A stretch of DNA of 64,000 bases, from IMG/VR virus record IMGVR_UViG_3300027861_000011, positions 129,839-193,838 of that record; one strand, 5' to 3'. The notes under the pieces were generated by a model. The model saw only the letters and a program-made list of their open reading frames with translations. It was not told the origin of the DNA and searched no databases. The DNA is from a virus. This document shows positions 48,267 to 57,697 of this stretch, in pieces. Both the position numbers and the translations under genes were made by a program. Positions within the stretch are counted from its first letter, which is position 1; the number at the start of each line of letters is the position of its first letter.

Positions 48267-49079
48267 ATGAAATTATCTAATCTATATAAGGACATATTAA
48301 AAGAAGAATACGAGGATGGTAAATTATATGGCTACCACGTAACAAGTTCGAATAATTTAGAAACAATTAACAATAATGGCTTTAAAGTAGGTCATAGGTC
48401 TATGCAAGGTAAAGGTGTTTATTCATTTTACGATTTGTATGATGCAATACGTTACGCTAACAAGGGTGAAGTCTCAAGTCCAGTAATAGTTAAGTTCAAA
48501 ATAACCAATCCACATTCCTTAATGATTATCAAGACCGATATAGCTAAAGAAGTATTTGGTTCAGACTATCATATTGTAGACCAAATAAGTAGAAAGTATT
48601 GGAACGGTGAAAGGGGTGTGGAAGGTTTCTTATTGGGAGCTCAAAAAGTATATAAACAAGATTACACTATGGAGGCACTAATAGCGGAACTTAATGAAAT
48701 CGAAACCAATAATACAGAAAGTAACCAAAGAATCTTTTGGTCTTATATGATGCCTAAGACAGAATCCGATAGATTAAATCTCTTACATAATGGTAATTAT
48801 GGTATAGAATATAGAATCAATTATACAAACCTAATGTACCCAATGGGTTATTATTCTCTTAATTCAGAACGTAATTTTAGTGATTATAATGAATTTGAAA
48901 AGGATAATGAAATCCCACCTGGTGAAGAATATGATGATTTAAGAAGAGCTAAGGGTAATTTAGATTTACACACACTTAAGGTAAAATTAGAAGCTCAACA
49001 ATATAAAGTAAGAAATAATCGTGACTATGATTTATTAAGTAAACTAATAAGTCAAATAACAGACTTAACGGGATATTAA
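48267..49079 (+). CDS. ADP-ribosyltransferase-like (H-Y-E type) protein with leader MKLSNLYKDILKEE
   Basis: YGYHVT...I...GF...GKGVYS...A.RYA...GIEY; TATTTATA at 48254. Confidence 0.6.
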   Translation: MKLSNLYKDILKEEYEDGKLYGYHVTSSNNLETINNNGFKVGHRSMQGKGVYSFYDLYDAIRYANKGEVSSPVIVKFKITNPHSLMIIKTDIAKEVFGSDYHIVDQISRKYWNGERGVEGFLLGAQKVYKQDYTMEALIAELNEIETNNTESNQRIFWSYMMPKTESDRLNLLHNGNYGIEYRINYTNLMYPMGYYSLNSERNFSDYNEFEKDNEIPPGEEYDDLRRAKGNLDLHTLKVKLEAQQYKVRNNRDYDLLSKLISQITDLTGY

Positions 49080-49083
49080 TAAG

Positions 49084-49317
49084 ATGAAATCACTAATCAA
49101 AAAATTACTTAAAGAAGCTCTAGAACCAAACACAATAGGTATTGGTTATTTAAGAGGAATATTAAAGAATACAACTAATAAGACAGCTCAAAAGTATTTG
49201 AATAGTTGGATAAGTAAGGGGACTGACATAATTAAATTATCACCAAAACAATACGCAATGCTTAAGGTAATTGAAAAAGGTGGACCTAGTTCTAAATTTT
49301 ACGACTCAAAAAATTAA
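49084..49317 (+). CDS. small leader-bearing protein
   Basis: MKSLIKKLLKEALE. Confidence 0.6.
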   Translation: MKSLIKKLLKEALEPNTIGIGYLRGILKNTTNKTAQKYLNSWISKGTDIIKLSPKQYAMLKVIEKGGPSSKFYDSKN

Positions 49318-49388
49318 ATAACGCACACTAAAAAATAGTATATACCATTTATACTGTTTTTTTATCGTAAATGTTTATATTTATATAT

Positions 49389-51686
49389 ATGAAACTTTCT
49401 AGTATATATCAGAATATAATAAATGAAAATTTTAAGACTCAAACAAAGCGTTTTATAGGTCAAGGATTTGAAGCGGATATCGTTAAAAGTTATATAGATA
49501 AATTCAAACATATTAGTAAGAATAAATACAAAGAAGCTAAAAGTGAATTACAAGGTGTTAATGTACCACTAGAACGTAGATTTGATATTGACGCTTATAA
49601 GAGTTTTCGAGAATTGGAAATACTTGTTGATTATGTTGGTGGTCAAAGGTCTGTTGCTACTAATATGAAGAGTAATATTGAAGTAAGTGGTGAAGCGGTA
49701 TATAAAGATAATGGTATAGAAGTTTTCTACGCTGACAATCCAAGGGCATGTGTTAAATATAAGGGCAATATACCGTATAGTTGGTGTGTTTCTAGGTCCG
49801 ATTCATCTAATATGTTCTACACATATAGATTCAAACCATATGAACCAGCATTCTATTTTGTTAAAGATTTAAAAGCTACCGAAAAAGAGTTTAAGGTGTG
49901 GAATATAGGTAAAAATATATTCAAGGGGTCATTTTCAAACCCATATCACTTTTTTGTTATACAAGTACCAAAAAATCTAAACCCAGAAGATAATGAAACT
50001 CCACAATATATTGTAACATCAGCTAATAATGACGGTGATAAACAAATGAGCTGGAATGATATCATTAAAACAAACCCAGAGTTAAAATCGATAAAAGAGG
50101 TTTTAAAACCTAAACCATTTACGCCAGATGAAAGAAATCAACACCAGAGGTTTAAAAATGGTATTAGTGATAGTGAATTTATCAAACTATCATACGAAGA
50201 TAAAAGAAATTATTTAGACATATACCCAACAATTGGTAAAGCAATAACACCTGAACAATTAAAGTCTCTTCCAGATGATTTACTTAACCTATATGTTTCT
50301 TTTGGTATTGGTTTAGATAATGACCAACACGAATACGTGTCCACAGAAAAAAGAAAAGCTTTCAGAAGATATACTCAGATTACTAAACGTAAATTTGATG
50401 AGTATATTAAAAATGATAGTTATAGTCGCTCACAACTAAAATTAAACTGGAGCGAGTTAACATCTTTACCAGACGATAATGTTGGTGAGTATTTAAAAAC
50501 TTTAACAACTTCCGATATTAATAACTTTGTACAAAATAATGGGTGGGAATCAATGGAGCTAATCAAGAAGCATTTTCCAGAAAAATTTGATAAAGAGGAT
50601 GTTGATATTGTCCCATTAATTACAAACGCAAACACTAGTATAGAAGCTGAAGAAAAATTAAACGCTCTAACCCCAGAATCAGTAGAGGTTAGAGCCAATA
50701 GCCATTATATAGAATTTGATATAAGTGGGATGGTTGATGATTTTTACGATAATTTAGGTATCACTTGGGAAATTTCGGGATTACACGATAAAATTTATTA
50801 TGGTGACTATGATTATGAGTTACATTACGGAGCAGACTATTTCGATGGATATGAAGAAGGTTTAGATATAGAATTGAAAAGTAGAATTGATGAAATCGTT
50901 AGAAGTAATTTGGAATTAAAAGATGATTTTATTAACTCAGGTTTAGAGTTTAACTTTACCACTATTAAGGAGTTATTAGAAACTTATGACGTATTAGATG
51001 ACATAGCTAATGAAATATCAACTGAGTTTGGTGAAGCTGAAAATAGAGGAGTTGCGAAAGAAGGTGAGAAAATTGGTAATAAAATGGGTAAAATAATGAA
51101 TGTTGATGCATCTCAAAATGAGATTAGTATTCACCCAAGAGCGTTAATAATGTATATTCATGGTAATGAATTCTTCACTACAGACCCAGATGATTTTAAA
51201 GATAATATAACAAACCTTTTAAATGAACTTTACTCAGACTATGATTTTCCAGAAAATACAGACGATTTTTTTGAGTGGACTAGAGATGCTGGTTATGGGG
51301 CCGAAGATATTGACGAAGATTACTTAAACAGAACCATAATATCCAAGATTGAATACGCATTAAATGAATACCTTAAGGCATCATATGAAGGGGAAGAAGA
51401 CGATACTAACATAGCGAAACTTAAATCTGAAATCATATCACACCTTAACGATACCCTAGTTAAATTAGGTGAGAGTCCAAACGCAAAAGTAATACAAAAT
51501 GATGTTGCTAGAATTTTTATAGATAGAGATAAATTTAAATTAAATGGTCAAGTCTATATCACGTTAACAACTAGCGATGGTAAAAGTCAAGAGGGGTATG
51601 TTAATATTAATGACATACCAACCTACTTCACTAACTATAAGCTATTTGAAGCGATACAAAGGTTCAATTCATTAATACCACGCTAA
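49389..51686 (+). CDS. large leader-bearing protein
   Basis: MKLSSIYQNIINE; TATTTATA at 49378; C..Y....SWCVS...FYF motif. Confidence 0.75.
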   Translation: MKLSSIYQNIINENFKTQTKRFIGQGFEADIVKSYIDKFKHISKNKYKEAKSELQGVNVPLERRFDIDAYKSFRELEILVDYVGGQRSVATNMKSNIEVSGEAVYKDNGIEVFYADNPRACVKYKGNIPYSWCVSRSDSSNMFYTYRFKPYEPAFYFVKDLKATEKEFKVWNIGKNIFKGSFSNPYHFFVIQVPKNLNPEDNETPQYIVTSANNDGDKQMSWNDIIKTNPELKSIKEVLKPKPFTPDERNQHQRFKNGISDSEFIKLSYEDKRNYLDIYPTIGKAITPEQLKSLPDDLLNLYVSFGIGLDNDQHEYVSTEKRKAFRRYTQITKRKFDEYIKNDSYSRSQLKLNWSELTSLPDDNVGEYLKTLTTSDINNFVQNNGWESMELIKKHFPEKFDKEDVDIVPLITNANTSIEAEEKLNALTPESVEVRANSHYIEFDISGMVDDFYDNLGITWEISGLHDKIYYGDYDYELHYGADYFDGYEEGLDIELKSRIDEIVRSNLELKDDFINSGLEFNFTTIKELLETYDVLDDIANEISTEFGEAENRGVAKEGEKIGNKMGKIMNVDASQNEISIHPRALIMYIHGNEFFTTDPDDFKDNITNLLNELYSDYDFPENTDDFFEWTRDAGYGAEDIDEDYLNRTIISKIEYALNEYLKASYEGEEDDTNIAKLKSEIISHLNDTLVKLGESPNAKVIQNDVARIFIDRDKFKLNGQVYITLTTSDGKSQEGYVNINDIPTYFTNYKLFEAIQRFNSLIPR

Positions 51687-51945
51687 TCAAATATTAACAT
51701 TCTCTAAAATAATCATTAAAAAACTTGCGTAAGTTAAATAAAGGTTATATATTATGTAATATAGACATAAAGTCAGGTTAAAACTGACCTAAACTATGTT
51801 AAAAGTATATTATAATGCGCTAAAACAAATAATATTATTTATTTGATTTGGGATATTATTTTTAATGTCAAATTGACATAGTATAAAGACTTGGTTTATC
51901 TTTTGATACACACCTAAGTATAACAACAAAATAAAAGAATATAGT

Positions 51946-52350
51946 ATGGGCAAAGATTTTGATGAATTATTTAATAACTTCTTTAACAACGAAGGAGATA
52001 ACAACGAAGGTAATAAAGATAAAAAATCAAGAAACTTAATTGATAGACTTAATAACTTTGAGGATGAAAACTTTCCTGGGTTTAATCCACATGAAAATGA
52101 GTTAGGTGAACCAGATAAAGTTGAGACCTATAAAGATAAGGGGTACACCTTTAAAAGGAGTACTTGGGAACTTGAGTCTGGCTCTATAGTAAAGATGGAA
52201 ATGATATCCGCACCAATGGATATAGGGGTAAATCCAAGAGTAAAGAAAAAACTAACCCTTGATGCTAAGTTAGAAATAGCTTTAGAAGATGAGGATTATG
52301 AGGAAGCAATAAGGATAAGAGATAAAATAAATAAAAAAGATAAGAAATGA
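51946..52350 (+). CDS. protein with C-terminal UVR (UvrB/UvrC) coiled-coil motif
   Basis: LEIALEDEDYEEAIRIRDKI. Confidence 0.7.
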   Translation: MGKDFDELFNNFFNNEGDNNEGNKDKKSRNLIDRLNNFEDENFPGFNPHENELGEPDKVETYKDKGYTFKRSTWELESGSIVKMEMISAPMDIGVNPRVKKKLTLDAKLEIALEDEDYEEAIRIRDKINKKDKK

Positions 52351-52499
52351 GAAACTTTTTTGAAACAGAGACATTCAAATGGATTGGTATGACCCTATTA
52401 ACAAGTATTATTGTTATAGGACACTTTATTACAAAATAAAAGTATTATAAATAATAAATAAAACTTTACATTTAAATGAATAGATAGTATATTTGCGAT

Positions 52500-52787
52500 A
52501 TGAAGAACACACTTATGATAGATTTAGATACTGAAAGAGAAGACTCAATCAGAATCACAAAACCAGAGGACATTGTTAAGGGAATCAACGATGAGGATAC
52601 AGCAAAGAAAATGGTATTAAATGATATGACTACTATATGCAATGCATTAGGTACCCTAATCCAATTAGGGGAAGATAGCGGATACTTTAATGGTCAAGTA
52701 TCCGCAAAACTGTGTATAGATTATTTGGAAGAGAATTTTATGCAAGTTAAAGTTAACGAAGACACAGAGGAAAAACTACCTAAATAG
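52500..52787 (+). CDS. hypothetical protein
   Basis: 95-aa ORF after TATATTTG. Confidence 0.6.
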   Translation: MKNTLMIDLDTEREDSIRITKPEDIVKGINDEDTAKKMVLNDMTTICNALGTLIQLGEDSGYFNGQVSAKLCIDYLEENFMQVKVNEDTEEKLPK

Positions 52788-52802
52788 GTGAAAAAATTAA
52801 AT

Positions 52803-53762
52803 ATGAGGCAGTTATTAATATTCCTATTACCAATTATATTATTTATTGGTAACGTACAAGCTGGTACTTTCATTACAACCATTTCTGGTGATTGGGAAAC
52901 TGGTGGTACTTGGACTAACGGAATAATTTGGCCAGTAACCAACCCAACTAATAATAGTGATAATATTACCATATCACACAATGTAACTCTAACTGGAAAC
53001 ATAAGTGTTAAGGGTGGTACTGTTCTAACAGTCGATGTCGGGGATACACTTACCATTAATGGTGATGTAACATTTCAAAATAACTCAAATGTGAACATTA
53101 ATGGGGTGTTGGTAATTAATGGTGATGTAACAAATAATAATAATTCGGATGAGGTTGTAATAAACGGTCTAATAATCATTAATGGTGATTTTTGGGGTGG
53201 TAATGGAAGTGACATTGTTGGTGCTGGTGGAATGAATATCACAGGGACAGTAACTACAGATGGTACAGGTGCAGTATTTGGTAGTGAATTAGATTGTGTA
53301 ATACCTGGCACATGTAATAGTTCATATAACTCACCGTTACCAATCGAATTAATTAATTGGTATGGTCACAATAAAAATGATATAAATCACCTATCTTGGG
53401 TAACTATTTCTGAAATTAATAACTCTCATTTCTTAATTGAAAGAAGTGTTGATGTTATAAGTTGGCAAATTATTACTGAAATTAGTGGTGCTGGTACTTC
53501 AACCTCACCAATATTTTATGAATATAAAGATAGTGATTATGAAAATACTATTAATTATTATAGGTTAATGCAGATTGATTTTAATGGTGAAAGTGAAACA
53601 TTTAATATATTAGTTATAGATAATTCCTTAAAGTCACCACTTAAAATAATTAAGACTATAAATTTAATGGGCCAAGAAGTAAATAAAAATTACAATGGAC
53701 TTAGAGTTTTAATGTATGAAGATGGTTCTAGAAAAATAATTCAACCCTTATTAATAAAATAG
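52803..53762 (+). CDS. secreted beta-rich protein with T9SS-substrate-like C-terminal region
   Basis: Signal peptide; PLPIEL...W.T.SEINNSHF.IERS.D...Y.Y.D...YYRL.Q.DFNG; tail INLMGQEV...YEDG. Confidence 0.7.
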   Translation: MRQLLIFLLPIILFIGNVQAGTFITTISGDWETGGTWTNGIIWPVTNPTNNSDNITISHNVTLTGNISVKGGTVLTVDVGDTLTINGDVTFQNNSNVNINGVLVINGDVTNNNNSDEVVINGLIIINGDFWGGNGSDIVGAGGMNITGTVTTDGTGAVFGSELDCVIPGTCNSSYNSPLPIELINWYGHNKNDINHLSWVTISEINNSHFLIERSVDVISWQIITEISGAGTSTSPIFYEYKDSDYENTINYYRLMQIDFNGESETFNILVIDNSLKSPLKIIKTINLMGQEVNKNYNGLRVLMYEDGSRKIIQPLLIK

Positions 53763-53793
53763 AATGTTAGGCATTTCCATAGTATTTATTATT

Positions 53794-54579
53794 ATGGAAA
53801 TGCTTAACATTATAATACTATCATTTATTCCAGCAGCACTTTATGCTTTTATTATTTATATTAGTGTACCTTATAAAACCATAAAACTAAAAACTGGATT
53901 AACCTATTTAATCGGTGGATTTATATCTGTTGGTATATTACTTTACTTCTTTCAATTATTCCCTTGGTGGACCAATTTATCTGATTATATTGTCAGTAAA
54001 TACCAATACCCCCTTCATTATTTACATATAGAAAACTTTATACAAGTTGGCCTAATTGAGGAACTATCCAAATTAATTACATTCTTTATTATTGAATGGT
54101 ATATAAGAAGTAAAGGTGATATAGAAGCACATCCACTAGCAACAATGTTTTACGTTGGGATGGTGTCGCTAGGTTTTGCTATGATAGAAAACGTATCATA
54201 TGGTATTAATTCGACAACACCATTAGATACGATAATGTGGCGTTCAATAACTGCCGTTATAGGTCACATGGTCTTTGGTATGTTTATGGGTTACTGGATA
54301 TCTCTTGGTAGGGTTGGTACAAGACTTAAAAATAGGTCAATAGTTGATATTATAATACTTAAGAATAATAAGTTAAGGAGAAGAGTATTCATACTTATAG
54401 GTCTATTAGCGGCCACAATACTTCATGGTTTATATGATTTACATATAAGTATCACTGGTATAAGTGGTATTACAACACTTTATATGCTTTTAATTATATC
54501 TGTGTTAGGTGTGTTTTGGTGTTTTAAAAACTTAACGAAATTACATAATAATAAATTATATAAAAAGTTTGATAATTAA
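53794..54579 (+). CDS. prsW: PrsW-family intramembrane metalloprotease
   Basis: IEELSK, GFAMIEN, GH, HGLYD motifs in TM helices. Confidence 0.85.
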   Translation: MEMLNIIILSFIPAALYAFIIYISVPYKTIKLKTGLTYLIGGFISVGILLYFFQLFPWWTNLSDYIVSKYQYPLHYLHIENFIQVGLIEELSKLITFFIIEWYIRSKGDIEAHPLATMFYVGMVSLGFAMIENVSYGINSTTPLDTIMWRSITAVIGHMVFGMFMGYWISLGRVGTRLKNRSIVDIIILKNNKLRRRVFILIGLLAATILHGLYDLHISITGISGITTLYMLLIISVLGVFWCFKNLTKLHNNKLYKKFDN

Positions 54580-54599
54580 CTTTAAAATTAGTATATTTG
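54568..54599 (+). promoter_or_regulatory. sigma70-type promoter
   Basis: TTTG-N20-TATATTTG. Confidence 0.72.
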
Positions 54600-54603
54600 T
54601 AAT

Positions 54604-54996
54604 ATGACTGAGTTCCAATTAATATCTACACACCCAATTAAAAAATCAGATTTAGGGTTTCATGGTAATTTGTTTGGGGGTAAACTATTAGCGTGGTTGG
54701 ATGCTGCTGGTGCATCTTTTGCAACGCAAGTATGTGACACACCAAGAATGGTTACTATAAAAATAGATGAATGTTTATTTAAAAAAGCTTCTAAAGAGGG
54801 TCAACTACTAAAAATATATGGTAAAGTTTTTGAGATTGGTAACACTTCAGTAACTCTATTAATAGAATGTAGAGCCCATAATGTTTATACTGGTAGACAA
54901 ACAGCAGTCTTAACCACAAACATAAAGTTTGTGAGGGTGGATGAGAACGGAGATGCAATACCCATATCAGATAGGGTAAGAGATAAATATAAATGA
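54604..54996 (+). CDS. hotdog-fold acyl-CoA thioesterase (YciA-like)
   Basis: DLGFHGNLFGGKLLAWLD...FVRVD. Confidence 0.9.
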   Translation: MTEFQLISTHPIKKSDLGFHGNLFGGKLLAWLDAAGASFATQVCDTPRMVTIKIDECLFKKASKEGQLLKIYGKVFEIGNTSVTLLIECRAHNVYTGRQTAVLTTNIKFVRVDENGDAIPISDRVRDKYK

Positions 54997-55020
54997 AAGT
55001 ATAGTTGAGATTAAATATAA

Positions 55021-55209
55021 TCACACCTCACGGTTAATCCACTTTTCTCTTTGGTCTTTTAATGTATATTCTACGATGTCATTTTTACCACAATGTGGGC
55101 AGTTAAGTCTATCTAATTCAACGGCCTCATTTATTTTCCACTCTCCCTTACATTCAGAATTAGAACATTTATAGATATAGGTGTGGCGTATAAATACTTT
55201 ATGAGACAT
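55021..55209 (-). CDS. small zinc-ribbon protein
   Basis: CSNSEC...CPHC; TATTTAT upstream on its strand. Confidence 0.65.
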   Translation of the reverse strand: MSHKVFIRHTYIYKCSNSECKGEWKINEAVELDRLNCPHCGKNDIVEYTLKDQREKWINREV

Positions 55210-55391
55210 AATTTACTAGTTTATAAAAATAAATATAAAATAATTAGGAATAATCAAATATATATAGTATATTTGTAATTAATAAGATGAGTATAGAAGA
55301 TAAAATATTTCGTATAGGGTTATTATTTGGGTTTGTTATAGGTATAATAGTAACAGTATCTATAAATTATATTTTTTTTTAAATAAAGCCG

Positions 55392-55766
55392 ATGATAATA
55401 AAAAAGACAAATAACACACCTAAAGTTATATTCGATAAAGAAAATCGTGAATTAAGTTTCGATGGGGCAACATACCCCGATGACGCTGATTCATTTTTTA
55501 TACCAATTATAAGTTACCTACATAATTACCTTAAAGAGTTAAAAGGAAATGAGGTTATAGTTAAATGTAAATTTACATTATTGAATTCATCATCAGCTCA
55601 ATACATGTTCTCATTATTTGATAAACTTAATACTAATGGTAATGTAAGTATTAATTGGTACTATGAGGAAGATGATGAGTGTATGTTTGAAGAGGGAGTA
55701 ATGTATAAAGATGGGTTTAGTAATCTTAATTTTAATCTTATAGGGGTTGATGATTTTGATTTTTAA
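55392..55766 (+). CDS. SiaC/DUF1987 family protein, copy 2
   Basis: TPKVIFD...GATYPDD...FF.PI...LLNSSS...WYYEEDDE. Confidence 0.8.
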   Translation: MIIKKTNNTPKVIFDKENRELSFDGATYPDDADSFFIPIISYLHNYLKELKGNEVIVKCKFTLLNSSSAQYMFSLFDKLNTNGNVSINWYYEEDDECMFEEGVMYKDGFSNLNFNLIGVDDFDF

Positions 55767-55779
55767 AAAGAATATAGAT

Positions 55780-56022
55780 ATGAAAATAATTTATTTAAGT
55801 TTAACGGTAATGCTATTTTTTGCTATTCACAAATATTCTGATTTGAAAATAGCTTACGTAAAAGCCGAATCAGAAAAGTTAGAATTTTGTGAGAAATATC
55901 ACAAGGAAAAAGATTTGAACCAAGAGCTTAATTATGAGCTCCTAATGCAAGATACTGTAATTGACTTCTTAAACGAAGATAATCAGATATTATCATCTTA
56001 CTTAGCAGAAATGGAGAACTAA
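55780..56022 (+). CDS. membrane-anchored coiled-coil protein
   Basis: N-terminal hydrophobic helix. Confidence 0.6.
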   Translation: MKIIYLSLTVMLFFAIHKYSDLKIAYVKAESEKLEFCEKYHKEKDLNQELNYELLMQDTVIDFLNEDNQILSSYLAEMEN

Positions 56023-56146
56023 TCTAAAACAAAAACCAAAACAAAGAATTATGATTGAGGTAGTAATATTTAGCTGGTGTTTAGCAGTATTTGTAATATC
56101 TTATATTTTTGTCAAAGACTGGGTGGACAGATAAAATAAAATAGTT

Positions 56147-56638
56147 ATGTATTGGATAAAGAGAAAAAAAAGTCAAATTAAAAATGTAATCAAATGGTTA
56201 CCTACTATATGGAATCAGTTTGATTTTGATTATAACTACTCTATTGATGTTTTTAAATTTCAATTAGAGAAACAAGCAGAGTATCTTGAGTCGGAGAAAG
56301 CACGTACTATGGATGCTAAAGATAATGCAAAGAGAATCAGAACAACCCTTAAATTAATGAAGAAGGTATATGATGAAGATTACGCCATAGAATACATCGA
56401 TAAGATGGAGGAACTATATGGTGAAGACCTAATGGAACATGAACTTATAGATACTGGAAGAGGAGATGGTACTTCATATTATCAGAAAAAGTATGAACGT
56501 ACAGAAACACCAGAGCGCATTAAAGAAATAAGCGATATGAGTAATAAGCTATGGTCCGAATCAAATCTTAAACAAGAAAAAGCCCACAGAATATTGTGGT
56601 TAATGGTTGAAAGAAATATACAAAGATGGTGGGACTAA
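56147..56638 (+). CDS. hypothetical protein
   Basis: 163-aa ORF ending IQRWWD. Confidence 0.65.
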   Translation: MYWIKRKKSQIKNVIKWLPTIWNQFDFDYNYSIDVFKFQLEKQAEYLESEKARTMDAKDNAKRIRTTLKLMKKVYDEDYAIEYIDKMEELYGEDLMEHELIDTGRGDGTSYYQKKYERTETPERIKEISDMSNKLWSESNLKQEKAHRILWLMVERNIQRWWD

Positions 56639-56648
56639 AACATATAAG

Positions 56649-56924
56649 ATGATAAAGATTGTATTTGAAGAAAACGTACCTGTTGGTGAGGTATTAATCA
56701 ACCTTTTAGATGAAAAAATATGTTGTTGGGAGAAATATAAATGTAACTGGACTTTCAGTACTTTAGATAGTTTTAACAATCGTATTAATCAAATAGAAAT
56801 GGACCAAGAAAATAAAGATAAGGTATTAGTGATAGTAAATGATAGTAGTAAACACCCATATACAATGAGGAGTTCTATTAGAATATACTCAAAAGATTAT
56901 TTAAAACTAAAACAAATAAGATGA
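56649..56924 (+). CDS. hypothetical protein
   Basis: ATG 56649 in listed frame. Confidence 0.55.
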   Translation: MIKIVFEENVPVGEVLINLLDEKICCWEKYKCNWTFSTLDSFNNRINQIEMDQENKDKVLVIVNDSSKHPYTMRSSIRIYSKDYLKLKQIR

Positions 56925-57208
56925 ATAAAGAAAAAATAATTACTATTATAGATAAAGAAGATATTCCTTCTTTACGCTTTCCATCGGAACCTATTAAAAG
57001 AACGGAAAAACAAATAAAATTACTAAAACATAAATTTTCAAGGTCTATGATATTAGGAAATATTCATCGTGTTAAAATGAAAATTACATTTGAAGACGAT
57101 GAATGCACCAAGCAAGTGCGAACCACTATTTGGGCTGTTGGAGATAAAAATATTGTTTTAAAGAAGGGTATAGTCATTCCCATACATCGCATTATAGATA
57201 TCACATAA
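56921..57208 (+). CDS. hypothetical protein
   Basis: LGN...KI.FED......TTIW pattern. Confidence 0.65.
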   Translation: MNKEKIITIIDKEDIPSLRFPSEPIKRTEKQIKLLKHKFSRSMILGNIHRVKMKITFEDDECTKQVRTTIWAVGDKNIVLKKGIVIPIHRIIDIT

Positions 57209-57229
57209 TAAATTAAATAAATAAATAAG

Positions 57230-57643
57230 ATGGATAAAGTTATAGAAATAGATGGTAAGAAGTATAAGTTATTACCAATAGATAGTGAAGGTACGGATAC
57301 CTATGGAGAAGAAGTTGATAACCCAGATATTGTTACATTCTATTTAGGGTGTGATAGTGACTGTGGATACTTTGAATTCAATATATTAATAGACCAGTTT
57401 AATCAAGGAGAAATACTGAAAGACACTAGTTCGGTAACGTATTATCCAAATGGTGTGTGGCTAAAAAATGAATCAAACTATTCTGAATCTTGGGATAGCC
57501 ACTCTTTTTTAAAAGATATATTAGATGACCCATTAAATAAACATGTCATTGAAGTTAAAGAACAAATATTATCGGATGGTAAAGCAAATTATAATGACCT
57601 AGTTAACTTGTTAATCCAAGTTAGAAAAAGAGGTTGGATTTAA
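57230..57643 (+). CDS. hypothetical protein
   Basis: 137-aa ORF. Confidence 0.6.
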   Translation: MDKVIEIDGKKYKLLPIDSEGTDTYGEEVDNPDIVTFYLGCDSDCGYFEFNILIDQFNQGEILKDTSSVTYYPNGVWLKNESNYSESWDSHSFLKDILDDPLNKHVIEVKEQILSDGKANYNDLVNLLIQVRKRGWI

Positions 57644-57697
57644 ATAAATCGACATCAAAGATTCAATAGTATATAAACTTAAATACTAAACATCATA

